NCBI GenBank assembly: GCA_021772615.1
Contig: JAJFLQ010000160.1
Span: 207 to 64,206, forward strand
From: Verrucomicrobiota bacterium
GTDB taxonomy: Bacteria > Verrucomicrobiota > Lentisphaeria > JABSQK01 > JAJFLO01
DNA: 64,000 nucleotides
Direction: 5' to 3'
Shown in pieces: positions 1 through 9,437 of the stretch (within the stretch, counting starts at the first letter, position 1; each line of letters begins with the position of its first letter). The notes under the pieces are model-generated. The model did no database searches. It had not been told where the DNA came from and saw only the letters and a program-made list of their open reading frames with translations. Both the position numbers and the translations under genes were made by a program.

Positions 1-311
1 CCGGAACCCAGCAAGTCAAAGGAATGGGCGCAAATGCGATCGGCAGCGGCCAGAATTCGTGATCGATACTCAGGCGACATTTCTGTGATAAGGGCCACAA
101 TTTCCACATTTTCGTTCGCTGAGAAAAAAACCCGGGGATGGCGGGTAAATGCAGAACACTTCCTTATAATTGAGCGTCCGTCCATAATGCGATATTTTTC
201 CTAAAAAATAACGATTCCGATGTGCCGCAAAACGCGCCCTGGTTCGAAACGGATTTCGCACCAATCCGGATGATTCTTTGCTTTACTCTCCAAATGCGCC
301 ATTCTCCCGAC

Positions 312-1535
312 TCAACTGATCTCGTCAAACACGTTGACCAAATCGCGAGTCAACTTCGCTCGATCAAAATTCTCGATGAACTCCCGATCGACCTCAAGCC
401 GAACGGCTCCCGCAGACCATTTCTTGTGAGCATCGACAATCGACAATCTGACATCCTCGGAATCATGGGAGGTCACGACGTACGCATTCCTTGAATATCG
501 ACGAATGATATCAGCGTTGTCACCTTCGGGAACATCGGCAAGTATGGGAATACCGGTGGCCAGATATTCGAAGGTTTTTGCAGCGATTGCGGTATATGGC
601 GGGTCGCCAGGCACCCTGCCCTGCTTAAGAAACAGCAATGATGCCGTTGCGAGAATCCCAAGGGCCTTTTCATGAATGACAAAGGGAATTGACGTCACAT
701 TTTCCGTAATACCATATCGCTCCGCACATTCCGACACATCTGAACCCACCGAAATAAAACGGTAGTCCATTTCGAGCTTGGCCAGGGCCGCAAAAAGTAA
801 ATCCGGGGTTCTGGATTTATAAAAGGACCCTGTGTATACAATTGTAAAACGATCGGTTTCCGGTACAGCGCTCACGATTTTGTCGTAACCGTTACTTACG
901 GTTCTCACGTTCAAGCCCGGATATTTCTCAGCATACCATATCCTGGCGCCCTCGGTCGTGACGACCAAACAATCCGTTCTGTCGAGAACAAATTTCTCCA
1001 GCGACTTTGCGCGGCTATTATGATTCCGAAGGTAGTTCCGATAGGGATTCTGGGCCCAGACATCTCTGAAGTCACAGACCAGAGGGCGATTCGACATCTT
1101 CTTGACGTAGGCGGCAATAATGGCCGAACTGAACGGAGAGCATGAAACATAAATAACGTCACTCCAACAAGCCAATCGTATGGCCTTAAGCAGACAAAGC
1201 CATCCGAATTTCGGATCCGGCGTGCAAAAATAACTGTCAAGAAAATTTCTCTTGGACGTAAACCCCAGCCCGGCCAGCAGTTCAGAAATCGACCGCACGA
1301 TTTTCTTTAAGTCAATTTCGCACGAACGATAGACAGGAATGTCGCCGTTGACGGCTTCTCCCACGGGATAAGCCGGATCAAGATTTCCCCTCGTCGTCAA
1401 AATGCGAACATCCCATCCCTGCTCTATTAGATTCCGGGCAAACCCGACACTGCGGTTGGAAGCCGCAGTGATTGTCGGCGGAAAATAATAACAAATCATC
1501 AAAACCCGCTTCATCAGATTGACCAATGTTCCCAA
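312..1535 (-). CDS. Glycosyltransferase, GT4 family (GT-B fold)
   Basis: 407-aa ORF. The N-terminal half resembles the Glyco_transf_4-like N-domain (MICYYFPP...). The C-terminal half has the GT4 Glycos_transf_1 pattern, with an E...E motif region (FEYLATGIPILADV). Assigned from sequence pattern only. Confidence 0.7.
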   Translation of the reverse strand: MGTLVNLMKRVLMICYYFPPTITAASNRSVGFARNLIEQGWDVRILTTRGNLDPAYPVGEAVNGDIPVYRSCEIDLKKIVRSISELLAGLGFTSKRNFLDSYFCTPDPKFGWLCLLKAIRLACWSDVIYVSCSPFSSAIIAAYVKKMSNRPLVCDFRDVWAQNPYRNYLRNHNSRAKSLEKFVLDRTDCLVVTTEGARIWYAEKYPGLNVRTVSNGYDKIVSAVPETDRFTIVYTGSFYKSRTPDLLFAALAKLEMDYRFISVGSDVSECAERYGITENVTSIPFVIHEKALGILATASLLFLKQGRVPGDPPYTAIAAKTFEYLATGIPILADVPEGDNADIIRRYSRNAYVVTSHDSEDVRLSIVDAHKKWSAGAVRLEVDREFIENFDRAKLTRDLVNVFDEIS

Positions 1536-2257
1536 AGATCATCCGACATGTTCGTTTGAATGCCCATTTGGTTCGGATGGCGCCACCGTCCGAAACGGGC
1601 AATTCGCGGCAATTTTCGGGTATTAATGGAACCACAATGAACGAGGTAGCCGTGCCAGAATATCACGGTTCCGGCCTTGGCAACAAGCTCTCTCGGCTGC
1701 TCGTCAACGTACCGCATCAGGGGCGCAAAGTGCGTCTGCGAGTCACTCATAAAACTTCCGTCGATATGTTCGGGAAACCGCCTGAAGTACTTATGGACGG
1801 CAAGATGGCTCTTCGGCCAACATACAACGGCTCCACCACCTGCCTCAACATCATACAGATAAACGGTAGCACCAAACATAAATCCGCCCGACCATCCTCG
1901 AGGACTGTAGCCATCAACATGCCCCCTGCGCGGCATCTGCCATTTCCTGTCCGGATCCGGCCAGCGAATCACCGGTGTACCTTCACTACCGACGAAAATT
2001 CCCTGCCCCATCTGCCGAACAATAGCTGCTACCCGTTTATGCCTTCCGATGTCGTGGTGACCAACGACCTTCCGAAAATCGGGAAACACCTCCCGGTCGG
2101 TTGGCCATGACGCCCGGTCATCAATCTCGGATTCGAGAAATGTCCACATCTGTGACCGCCATAGCTCCAACACGTCCGGGGCGATGAAATCTTCAAGGAC
2201 CAGAAAGCCATTAATCTTAAAGGAATCCACCTGTTCCGAAGTCAATGAAACGTTCAT
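1514..2257 (-). CDS. Phytanoyl-CoA dioxygenase (PhyH) family Fe(II)/2-oxoglutarate dioxygenase
   Basis: The ORF runs 1514..2413. The likely true start is the internal M (MNVSLTSEQVDSFKINGFLVLEDF...) at 2257, because the upstream part overlaps the preceding gene. The N-terminal region (LTSEQVDSFKINGFLVLEDF) and overall composition resemble PhyH-family proteins. The alternative start is unresolved. Confidence 0.6.
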   Translation of the reverse strand: MNVSLTSEQVDSFKINGFLVLEDFIAPDVLELWRSQMWTFLESEIDDRASWPTDREVFPDFRKVVGHHDIGRHKRVAAIVRQMGQGIFVGSEGTPVIRWPDPDRKWQMPRRGHVDGYSPRGWSGGFMFGATVYLYDVEAGGGAVVCWPKSHLAVHKYFRRFPEHIDGSFMSDSQTHFAPLMRYVDEQPRELVAKAGTVIFWHGYLVHCGSINTRKLPRIARFGRWRHPNQMGIQTNMSDDLWEHWSI

Positions 2258-2413
2258 TCGTCTTTCCTTCATCCTGTGTCGGATCCGATATAGCAATAAA
2301 CTCGTCAGCTGAAGGACGCAGAGGTTGGCAATTCGGCTCGACAGGCGGACAGCGTTTGCTCCTGACCGGCTGGCAGGCCCGTATCGTTTTGTCGACTCGC
2401 ACCTTCGCGCCAA

Positions 2414-4006
2414 TCAACCAGGTTGATCGGCATCACCAAAGCCACCGGAAATATCGCGACGCAGCGATTCGAGCGCCTGAGCGCTTTCGGCAGGGTCCAC
2501 GCGGAGATTCGCCTGGTACAACGCGTCGTAGCTCATGGGATTGCCCTCAAGCTCGACGTGCCAATCCTGGCCGCCGTCGCGATCACGATTGGTCATGAAC
2601 GACAGGTGCTCCTGGTCCGAAAGTACACAGTCGGCACGGACGTCGCCCGCACCGCACTCGATCGCGCCGCGGTCGAGTGCATTGTAGAGCAATGCGCCGT
2701 CTGCGCGAATCGAGGGCGCTGTCACGTCGATAAGTACCGCGTTATCTACGTCCGCACGATCCGCCTGCACACCGATGACGACACTGTTGGTGATGCTTCC
2801 AGCGCCTATTGCTGCATCGACAACGACAGATCGATTATCGACCACCAGGTTCTCGCCTGCCGTGAATGCCGCACGGCGCTTCCCCAGGCCGAAGAACTGA
2901 CGCATGGCGTCGGACTCGGCGCCGTCTCCGGTGAGTTTGCGGCAGTTGTCCATATAGCGATGGACCAGGCCATAGTCCCACCAGTACGCAGTCGCACCGA
3001 TATCCACCGCACCGAATAATCTCGAAGTGGGACAACACATCGCAAAAAGTGACTTGAACTTTTGCATCCTGGCATAGTGCTCGCTCGCTTGCGATTTGGT
3101 CTCCCCCTTGGCTGTCATCATGGTGATGTATGTGCCTTCGTCCAGGGTCACCGGCATCCAGAAGTGGGGATCGGCGTCGAACTTACCTTGTCGGCTCGCG
3201 AGTTCACGACTGAACTCCTGAACGAGCATACTCTTCAACTCCGCGGAAATGCTGAACGAGCCGAGACTGATCCCGATCCCGCCGGAAGCTGAAATCGTCT
3301 TCTTCGCAATCAGGTCTTCCAACGTGGTGTAGTTGATTTTTTCGACCTGTGCTGCGTCCCCGTTTTCATCAACCGCGATCAGGCCATACGCATTCAATTG
3401 CCGCGATTCCCATTCTCTGGCCGTAGGCAGCGGAGCAAGTCGGCAAAGAATATCGGCGTGGTGTGTAGCGTCATACGCCGCAGGCTGCGAGGGTACAAAG
3501 ATCTGGTCGCCCCAGAATACTGACACACGACCTTTGCGGCTGGGTGCGTAGATGGCCGTTTGCCGTATGACAGATTCCAGCAAGGTCACAGGCCGGCGGA
3601 CGCCGGCGACATCAAGCAGTTGCGGCAATTTTACTGCGGCCTTGTTATTGTTTTCGCTGCCAGGCAGGGGTGCCAGCCGTGTACCTTTGCCGGCCGTGTG
3701 ATAGACTGCGACTGATTTTCCCCAATTCAATGCCTCATTGAGTCCGAAATTGAATTTGCGCTGTGCCTTCTCCGAGGCCTTTTTCAACGCGTATAATGTA
3801 CCCAGACCATTGCCAGCACCGCCCGGCCAATCCTCATGAACGGCAACGATTACAGCGTCGCGATTGGCAACCTGCCCGCGCGTGGCCTCAAGCCGTTTCT
3901 GCCAATACGCCTCCTGCTGCGCACTCGTGGTCGAGACGATTATGATATCCATCCCGGCATTTGTGCCGGCAGCGGCCGCCATCAATTCGATATTTTGAGT
4001 TTGCAT
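2414..4006 (-). CDS. Sugar-1-phosphate nucleotidyltransferase of the fucose-1-phosphate guanylyltransferase (FPGT)/fucokinase N-terminal family, with a C-terminal left-handed beta-helix
   Basis: 530 aa. 'IIIVSTTSAQQEAYWQKRLE', 'PGGAGNGLGTLYAL' and 'YHTAGKGTRLAPLPG' match the three conserved blocks of FPGT/Fucokinase (PF07959-type) pyrophosphorylases. The C-terminus has hexapeptide-like repeats (VVVDAAIGAGSITNSVVIGV). The FPGT match is recalled from memory, not searched. Confidence 0.55.
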   Translation of the reverse strand: MQTQNIELMAAAAGTNAGMDIIIVSTTSAQQEAYWQKRLEATRGQVANRDAVIVAVHEDWPGGAGNGLGTLYALKKASEKAQRKFNFGLNEALNWGKSVAVYHTAGKGTRLAPLPGSENNNKAAVKLPQLLDVAGVRRPVTLLESVIRQTAIYAPSRKGRVSVFWGDQIFVPSQPAAYDATHHADILCRLAPLPTAREWESRQLNAYGLIAVDENGDAAQVEKINYTTLEDLIAKKTISASGGIGISLGSFSISAELKSMLVQEFSRELASRQGKFDADPHFWMPVTLDEGTYITMMTAKGETKSQASEHYARMQKFKSLFAMCCPTSRLFGAVDIGATAYWWDYGLVHRYMDNCRKLTGDGAESDAMRQFFGLGKRRAAFTAGENLVVDNRSVVVDAAIGAGSITNSVVIGVQADRADVDNAVLIDVTAPSIRADGALLYNALDRGAIECGAGDVRADCVLSDQEHLSFMTNRDRDGGQDWHVELEGNPMSYDALYQANLRVDPAESAQALESLRRDISGGFGDADQPG

Positions 4007-4092
4007 AGCACCTATCCGGTATTAATCTGAAATCACTATAACCCGATACCGTTTCATTTTGCAATCAAACCGCTGCAATCCAGACGAACATT

Positions 4093-4863
4093 ATGATTAC
4101 CGACACACAAATCGAAGCGTTTTATGACACCGGCTACGTAGTGATACCGGATATTTTCGGGGAACCCGAGCTGGAGATCATGCGCAGCGCCTGCGACCGG
4201 CTGGTGGTAGAAGCCGCGGAACTCGAAGGCATGGTCATACACAATGGCAGCCAGTTTGTCGTCGAGCGCAATCCGACGCATGCCGAATTTCCGGTTCAGA
4301 TCAAACGCGTGGTGTGGGTGGGCGCGGCCGAACCGGATCTTTTGAAGCTCGGGCAATCCCATCAGCTCACAGATATCGCCGGCCGAATTATGGACTGTGA
4401 TCGCCTCGAACACATCATCAATCAGGTCCATTTCAAACTGCCGAACGACGGCGTATTTTTTCCGTTTCACCAGGACAGCCGCCACCGCGGCTATGGCACG
4501 GACAATTGGAAAGACGCGAACGGTCGCGGCAGCTACGTGCAGATCGTCACCGCGATTGACCGTGTGACCATGGAAAACGGCCCCCTTCTGTTCATCCCCG
4601 GCAGTTGCCGAAACGGGCACCTCGACCTGCCTTACGACGAACAACACGCGACCGAATCGCCCTTGTTCAACCCGGACGACGCCGTTGCGGTGCCGATGGC
4701 GCCCGGAACCGTCGCGATTTTCGGCCCGTATACGATTCACGGCAGCCTGCCGAATACATCGACGAAGAGCCGCCGCGTTTTCATTAACGGATACGCGTAT
4801 CCCGGCGCGAATTTTCGCCAGTACCCCGGCGATGGCGCGGGGATGCTCATTGATGCAAGGTGA
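4093..4863 (+). CDS. Phytanoyl-CoA dioxygenase (PhyH) family Fe(II)/2-oxoglutarate dioxygenase
   Basis: 256 aa. The N-terminal 'TDTQIEAFYDTGYVVIPDIF' is typical of PhyH. 'FHQDS' gives a candidate HxD iron-binding motif and 'YTIHGS' a C-terminal His. It is divergent from the nucleotidyltransferase gene. Confidence 0.7.
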   Translation: MITDTQIEAFYDTGYVVIPDIFGEPELEIMRSACDRLVVEAAELEGMVIHNGSQFVVERNPTHAEFPVQIKRVVWVGAAEPDLLKLGQSHQLTDIAGRIMDCDRLEHIINQVHFKLPNDGVFFPFHQDSRHRGYGTDNWKDANGRGSYVQIVTAIDRVTMENGPLLFIPGSCRNGHLDLPYDEQHATESPLFNPDDAVAVPMAPGTVAIFGPYTIHGSLPNTSTKSRRVFINGYAYPGANFRQYPGDGAGMLIDAR

Positions 4864-4969
4864 GACCAGACCAACGCCGACAGCACGCCCCGCCCGCACG
4901 CAATTGTCGTTGAGATGATTCATTGCGTGCGCCATTCTCCGGATCAGCAGATGTCCGGAACCGCTGGGT

Positions 4970-6988
4970 TCATTCCGGTGACGGTGATTGCAGCCGTCGT
5001 TCCAGGAATGCTGCGATGTGCCGGTACGCCGTGATGCGGTTGGCGCGTTTACGAATGCCGTGGCCTTCATCCGGAAACCGGAGATACGGTACCTCCCGGC
5101 CGCGTTCACGCAGAGCCGCTACGAATTGGTCCGACTCGGAAACCGGGTTTCGCGTGTCATTCGCGCCGTGCAGCAGCATGATGGGCGTGGTTAGCCGATC
5201 AACATGAAACAATGGCGAGATGCGGCGAAAATAGGCAACATCGTCCTGATCGGAAATGTCACCGTACTCCAGCCGATCGCTCGCTTTGAGCTGCGGCGAG
5301 GCGCCTTCGAGCGCCGTGATCCAATTGGATACGCCCACAAATGATATCCCGCCACGGAAGCGTTCGGGAATATGCGTAAGTGCGGCCATCACGAGGTAAC
5401 CGCCGTATGAATTACCCATGATAGCGGCACGATTACCATCGACATAACCCGCGGAATCCAGATGGCTCAATGCGTCTTCAATGTCGCCGATTTCGTTGTG
5501 CCGCAGGCGGCGATCGTTGAGCCGTGCGAATGCCTTTCCGAATCCGGTGGAACCGCGATAATTGAGGTCGAATACGGCAATGCCGCGCGTGACCAGATAC
5601 TGAAATGCAGGATTGTAACGCGGCCGCGCCTGAACGGTGGGACCGCCATGAACGGATATCAAGACCGGCGGTTTTTCCGCCGACGTCGTAGTCGTGGGCA
5701 GATATAACAATCCATGAAGCTGAATGCCGTCTCGCGCTTCAAAATTGACACTATGTGGATGCGACAAGCGCTGCAGATCGATGCCCGCATCCGTTGACCG
5801 AGTCGAACGGCTAAGCTCCCGTTCTGCAATGTTCCAGGTCCATATATCACCTGGGACACGCGGCCCCGTTACGTGGACCGCAACGATCGGCGCGTCGGCT
5901 GCCCAGGAAAACGTGTATACACCCGGCGGCACCGATGGGGGGTCGATATCTTCACCGGTTTTGAGACATCGAAAGTGTAGTCTCGAATAGCCATTCTCAA
6001 TAGCGGACCAGCCGATATACTCGCCTGAAGCGGATAACGCAACCTGTTCGATATCTGCGTCGACCTGATGGAAATATCGGAATTCGCTCGTTGTGATGTC
6101 GTAGCGGCCGATTCCAGACCAATTGCGATCCTGATTCGTTACAAAGAAAACAGCGTCCCCCGCCGGAGTCCACGAGAACGACTTGTATGACGATGCGACA
6201 TTGGGTTCGAACATCGTCGTAACTGTCCCTGCCGATACATCCAGCAGGTAGATGTTATTTGCATCTTCACCGCGGTCTTCGGAGAGAATCACCGCGTTCC
6301 CGGCGGGATGCCAGGCGACCGGATACAATCCCATCCTGCCGCGAAATACTTCACGTTCGCTGCCAGTAGCGATATCGATCACAAAGATATCGAAATCGAC
6401 ACCATTTCGCCCGGTACTCGAATAGGCGACCGTCGCGCCGTCGCGTGTAAACCCACCGAACTCCCGAAAGACGCCGGACGCGGGCAGCAACGTGCGTTCG
6501 GTCTTTCCGTCGGGCGATACGAGGTAATACCCTTCACGTTCATCACCGCTACGGTCGGCACCGTAAATAATCCATTCTCCAGTCGGCGACCAGCGATGAA
6601 ACGTAACCGACTCACCAAAGGTAAGCTGCCGCGGCCATCCGCCGCCGGTGGCCACCACCCAAAGCTGCGGATGCCCCGTAATCGAAGTGGTAAATGCCAC
6701 CTGATCGCCGGCTGGAGACAGGGACGGACGCGTCGCATCGCGGATATTGAAAAACCTGGCAATATCCGGCATTGGATCCCCGGCAAGCGAGACAGGACCG
6801 CTTACCGGCTGTGGCGCATCCGGATGCGGGGCAGATTCGTCAACGGCATAGAGCGGCACACAAATACGTGTTCCGACTACCGCACAAAGGACAACGGCTG
6901 CGACTGAATTCGGCACAAACCGACACCACACTCCACCCCACCCTTTGCGCCTGCAGATCCCCTTCCCCGATACACAACAACTACTCAT
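4970..6988 (-). CDS. S9 family serine peptidase (prolyl oligopeptidase/acylaminoacyl-peptidase type) with an N-terminal TolB-like beta-propeller
   Basis: The ORF runs 4970..7126. The likely start is M47 (MSSCC..., 6988), followed by a hydrophobic signal/anchor. The propeller repeats read 'FTTSITGHPQLWVV', 'YLVSPDGK' and similar. The catalytic motif is GNSYGG (GxSxGG), and there is a C-terminal Asp/His region (HGANDTRNPV...HGI). Confidence 0.8.
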   Translation of the reverse strand: MSSCCVSGKGICRRKGWGGVWCRFVPNSVAAVVLCAVVGTRICVPLYAVDESAPHPDAPQPVSGPVSLAGDPMPDIARFFNIRDATRPSLSPAGDQVAFTTSITGHPQLWVVATGGGWPRQLTFGESVTFHRWSPTGEWIIYGADRSGDEREGYYLVSPDGKTERTLLPASGVFREFGGFTRDGATVAYSSTGRNGVDFDIFVIDIATGSEREVFRGRMGLYPVAWHPAGNAVILSEDRGEDANNIYLLDVSAGTVTTMFEPNVASSYKSFSWTPAGDAVFFVTNQDRNWSGIGRYDITTSEFRYFHQVDADIEQVALSASGEYIGWSAIENGYSRLHFRCLKTGEDIDPPSVPPGVYTFSWAADAPIVAVHVTGPRVPGDIWTWNIAERELSRSTRSTDAGIDLQRLSHPHSVNFEARDGIQLHGLLYLPTTTTSAEKPPVLISVHGGPTVQARPRYNPAFQYLVTRGIAVFDLNYRGSTGFGKAFARLNDRRLRHNEIGDIEDALSHLDSAGYVDGNRAAIMGNSYGGYLVMAALTHIPERFRGGISFVGVSNWITALEGASPQLKASDRLEYGDISDQDDVAYFRRISPLFHVDRLTTPIMLLHGANDTRNPVSESDQFVAALRERGREVPYLRFPDEGHGIRKRANRITAYRHIAAFLERRLQSPSPE

Positions 6989-7128
6989 TCGCCGGCCGTT
7001 CCTATTCTCGAAATTACGGGTTGTCAATTGTAGTCCCGCACTTATTGTATTCGCAACTGTAACGGAAGGAACTGCCGTTGCAGTAGACACCATCTCGGTA
7101 TTCACACGCGGACACAGGCAGAACACGC

Positions 7129-7845
7129 ATGATGCAAGACATTATCGCCACATTACTGGAGGTACAGGACAAGGACATCAGAGTATTCAATCTAAGGAAG
7201 CAAATCGAATCTGTACCGGCCGAAAAGAAAAAGATTGAAAAACTCATTCATGATTCCGAGGAACAACTTACACGGGCAAAGGAGACTTTACAGGCAACTG
7301 AGGCGAAAATTAAAGAGGTAGAACTTGAGATTGCCGCACATAAAGAAAAGATTCTCAATCTGCAGAGCAAGTCCACCGCTATCAAGAAAAACGATGAATA
7401 CCGTGCGTTGCTCAAAGAAGTAGACCTGCACAACAAGCGGATTTCGGAATTTGAGGACAAGCAACTGGAACACTGGGAGGCGCTCGAGAAAGCCAAGGCC
7501 GAGCGTGCGCAGGCAACGAAGAATCGCGAAGCTACTCAGGCGCGAATTCAGGGCGCCTATGAAGACCTTGACGTTCGTGATCGCAACTGTACGCAGCAGG
7601 TAGACAAGGTGATCGCGGATCGCAATGCGATGCTTACGAACATACCGGAAGACCTCCTGCGAATCTACCAGCGGCTTGTCGACAGACCCAACCGTACAAA
7701 GCACTTTCGCAAGGTTCTCGTCCCGATTCAGAACGGCAACTGCGGAGGCTGCTTTCTGGCCGTCACGCCGAATATTAAGGCATTGGCGAAGAAGAAGCTG
7801 GTCCCTTGCGAGAACTGCGGCGTTCTCCTATTCTACGAACGATGA
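7129..7845 (+). CDS. Zinc-ribbon domain protein (COG1579/DUF164-like coiled-coil protein with C4 zinc ribbon)
   Basis: 238 aa. There is a long coiled-coil with a C-terminal CGGC...CENCG zinc ribbon. This is the typical architecture of the COG1579 family. Confidence 0.75.
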   Translation: MMQDIIATLLEVQDKDIRVFNLRKQIESVPAEKKKIEKLIHDSEEQLTRAKETLQATEAKIKEVELEIAAHKEKILNLQSKSTAIKKNDEYRALLKEVDLHNKRISEFEDKQLEHWEALEKAKAERAQATKNREATQARIQGAYEDLDVRDRNCTQQVDKVIADRNAMLTNIPEDLLRIYQRLVDRPNRTKHFRKVLVPIQNGNCGGCFLAVTPNIKALAKKKLVPCENCGVLLFYER

Positions 7846-7938
7846 CGTCCATGCCGCTCCGGAGCCACACTGCCAATCCTGCGCCACGCATCGCCTCTCG
7901 CAACCTGTCCATTTGCCCCCTTTCGATCTCCACGCCTT

Positions 7939-8796
7939 GTGTCAACCAAAACAGCACGTAACTGGCTACTGCGAATAGCATACGACGGCTCTGCGTACTT
8001 CGGCTGGCAGACGCAGATCACTCATCCGACGGTTCAGGAAGTGCTGGAAGACAGGATGTCCCGGGTTCTCGGTGATTCGATACGCATACACGGTTGCAGC
8101 CGAACCGACCGTGGCGTCCACGCCCTCGATCAAACTGCTTCATTCACGCCACCTGCAGACAACGGGATACCAGCCGATAATTTTCGTCGCGCGGTGAATG
8201 CTGTGCTCCCGCCGGATATCCGTGTCCGGTCGGTTGAACCGGTACCGCCGGAATTCCACGCACGCCACGATGCCGCAGGAAAGGCATATACCTATGTGCT
8301 CTTCTCCGGGCGCGAGTTGACATCGCCCTTTTGCGCCCGGTATTGCTGGCAACATACACGGCCGCTGGACATCGCGGCAATGCGACACGCTGCGGCGTTG
8401 CTGCCAGGAACACATGACTACACGGGCTTCGCTGTCAAGAGCAAGGAGAGCGATCGCGATCCGGTTAAAACCCTATATGCCGTCCACATGAAAAAGGCGG
8501 CATCATTTGTGGTGATCACGGTTATCGGCAATGCGTTTCTGTATCGCATGGTCCGCCGCCTGACCGGATTTCTGGTGGCAGTCGGCCATGGTACGATTGC
8601 ACCGGACGCGGTAGCACTTGTCCTGCAGCAACATGAGAGCAGCCCGTCGTTCGACACCGCGCCGCCGCAGGGCTTATTCCTCGAAAGAGTATTTTATGCT
8701 GCAGCCGACATGGCGCCCCATACCGCACGTCAGCTACCGTTCCTGGCATTCCTCGATATACCGGATACGATGAGCGATGACATACACGCGGAATGA
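7939..8796 (+). CDS. truA: tRNA pseudouridine(38-40) synthase TruA
   Basis: GTG start. 'LRIAYDGSAYFGWQ' and the catalytic 'RTDRGVHA' motif are present. Confidence 0.85.
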   Translation: MSTKTARNWLLRIAYDGSAYFGWQTQITHPTVQEVLEDRMSRVLGDSIRIHGCSRTDRGVHALDQTASFTPPADNGIPADNFRRAVNAVLPPDIRVRSVEPVPPEFHARHDAAGKAYTYVLFSGRELTSPFCARYCWQHTRPLDIAAMRHAAALLPGTHDYTGFAVKSKESDRDPVKTLYAVHMKKAASFVVITVIGNAFLYRMVRRLTGFLVAVGHGTIAPDAVALVLQQHESSPSFDTAPPQGLFLERVFYAAADMAPHTARQLPFLAFLDIPDTMSDDIHAE

Positions 8797-9268
8797 CTAC
8801 CTGATGATGAGCGACGATGCCTTGCTGCTACAATGCCGGTGCGATTGTTTCCGCGCACGGGGTCCTGGCGGGCAACATCGCAATACAACCGACTCGGCTG
8901 TGCGCCTGACACTCGATGATCCGGAGATTACGATTGCGGTCACGGAAGCGGCCAGCCGATCGCAGCAGCGTAATCGCGCAGCAGCGATCAAGAAACTTCG
9001 GTTGGAAATCGCACTATTGTGGCGCACCGAACCCTGCCAGTGGTCAGAAGAATGGAAAATCGGACAAAAAGACCGTCGTTACGCCATGTTTACAGCGACA
9101 GTACTCGATGCGATTGAAGCAGCGCACTTTCACGTGTCCACAGCCGCAGCGTATCTCGGCATTTCCACGGCTGTACTGGTAAAGATACTTGCTCGCGACG
9201 TTCGGCTTTGGCGGCTCATTAACGATCAGCGAAAGAAAAAGGGATTGAAACCACTGGTGCACCGGTAA
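8777..9268 (+). CDS. GGQ-motif peptidyl-tRNA hydrolase domain protein (ArfB/release-factor-like) with a C-terminal Fis-type HTH-like segment
   Basis: 'RARGPGGQHRNTTDSAVRL' is the class-I release factor/ArfB GGQ motif. The C-terminal 'AAYLGISTAVLVKILARD' resembles an HTH_8 (Fis) motif. The start is uncertain: 8777 overlaps the truA end, and 8807 (MMSDD) is an alternative. Confidence 0.55.
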   Translation: MTYTRNDYLMMSDDALLLQCRCDCFRARGPGGQHRNTTDSAVRLTLDDPEITIAVTEAASRSQQRNRAAAIKKLRLEIALLWRTEPCQWSEEWKIGQKDRRYAMFTATVLDAIEAAHFHVSTAAAYLGISTAVLVKILARDVRLWRLINDQRKKKGLKPLVHR

Positions 9269-9437
9269 CACACTTAGGCTCAATCGTAGAAAACCCATCG
9301 CGCCGCGCGCGATTCGGGGGATTTGAATCGGCACGTGCTGCATCCACACGCAATGCGTGCTGAGTTGCGCCGGCCACAGCTGCTGCCGCTTTTCATCCAT
9401 CAGGTCCCGTAAGCCGTAAAGAAGGTAACGGGCCAAT

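Noticed and set aside
1526-3019. Plus-strand ORFs of 194 aa (1526-2110) and 198 aa (2423-3019)
   Set aside because: They are antisense to the PhyH and nucleotidyltransferase genes and have no motifs.
4054-5109. 351-aa ORF on the minus strand
   Set aside because: It is antisense to the well-supported PhyH-family gene (4093-4863) and is Arg/Ala/Gly-rich with no recognisable domain. It is probably a high-GC shadow ORF.
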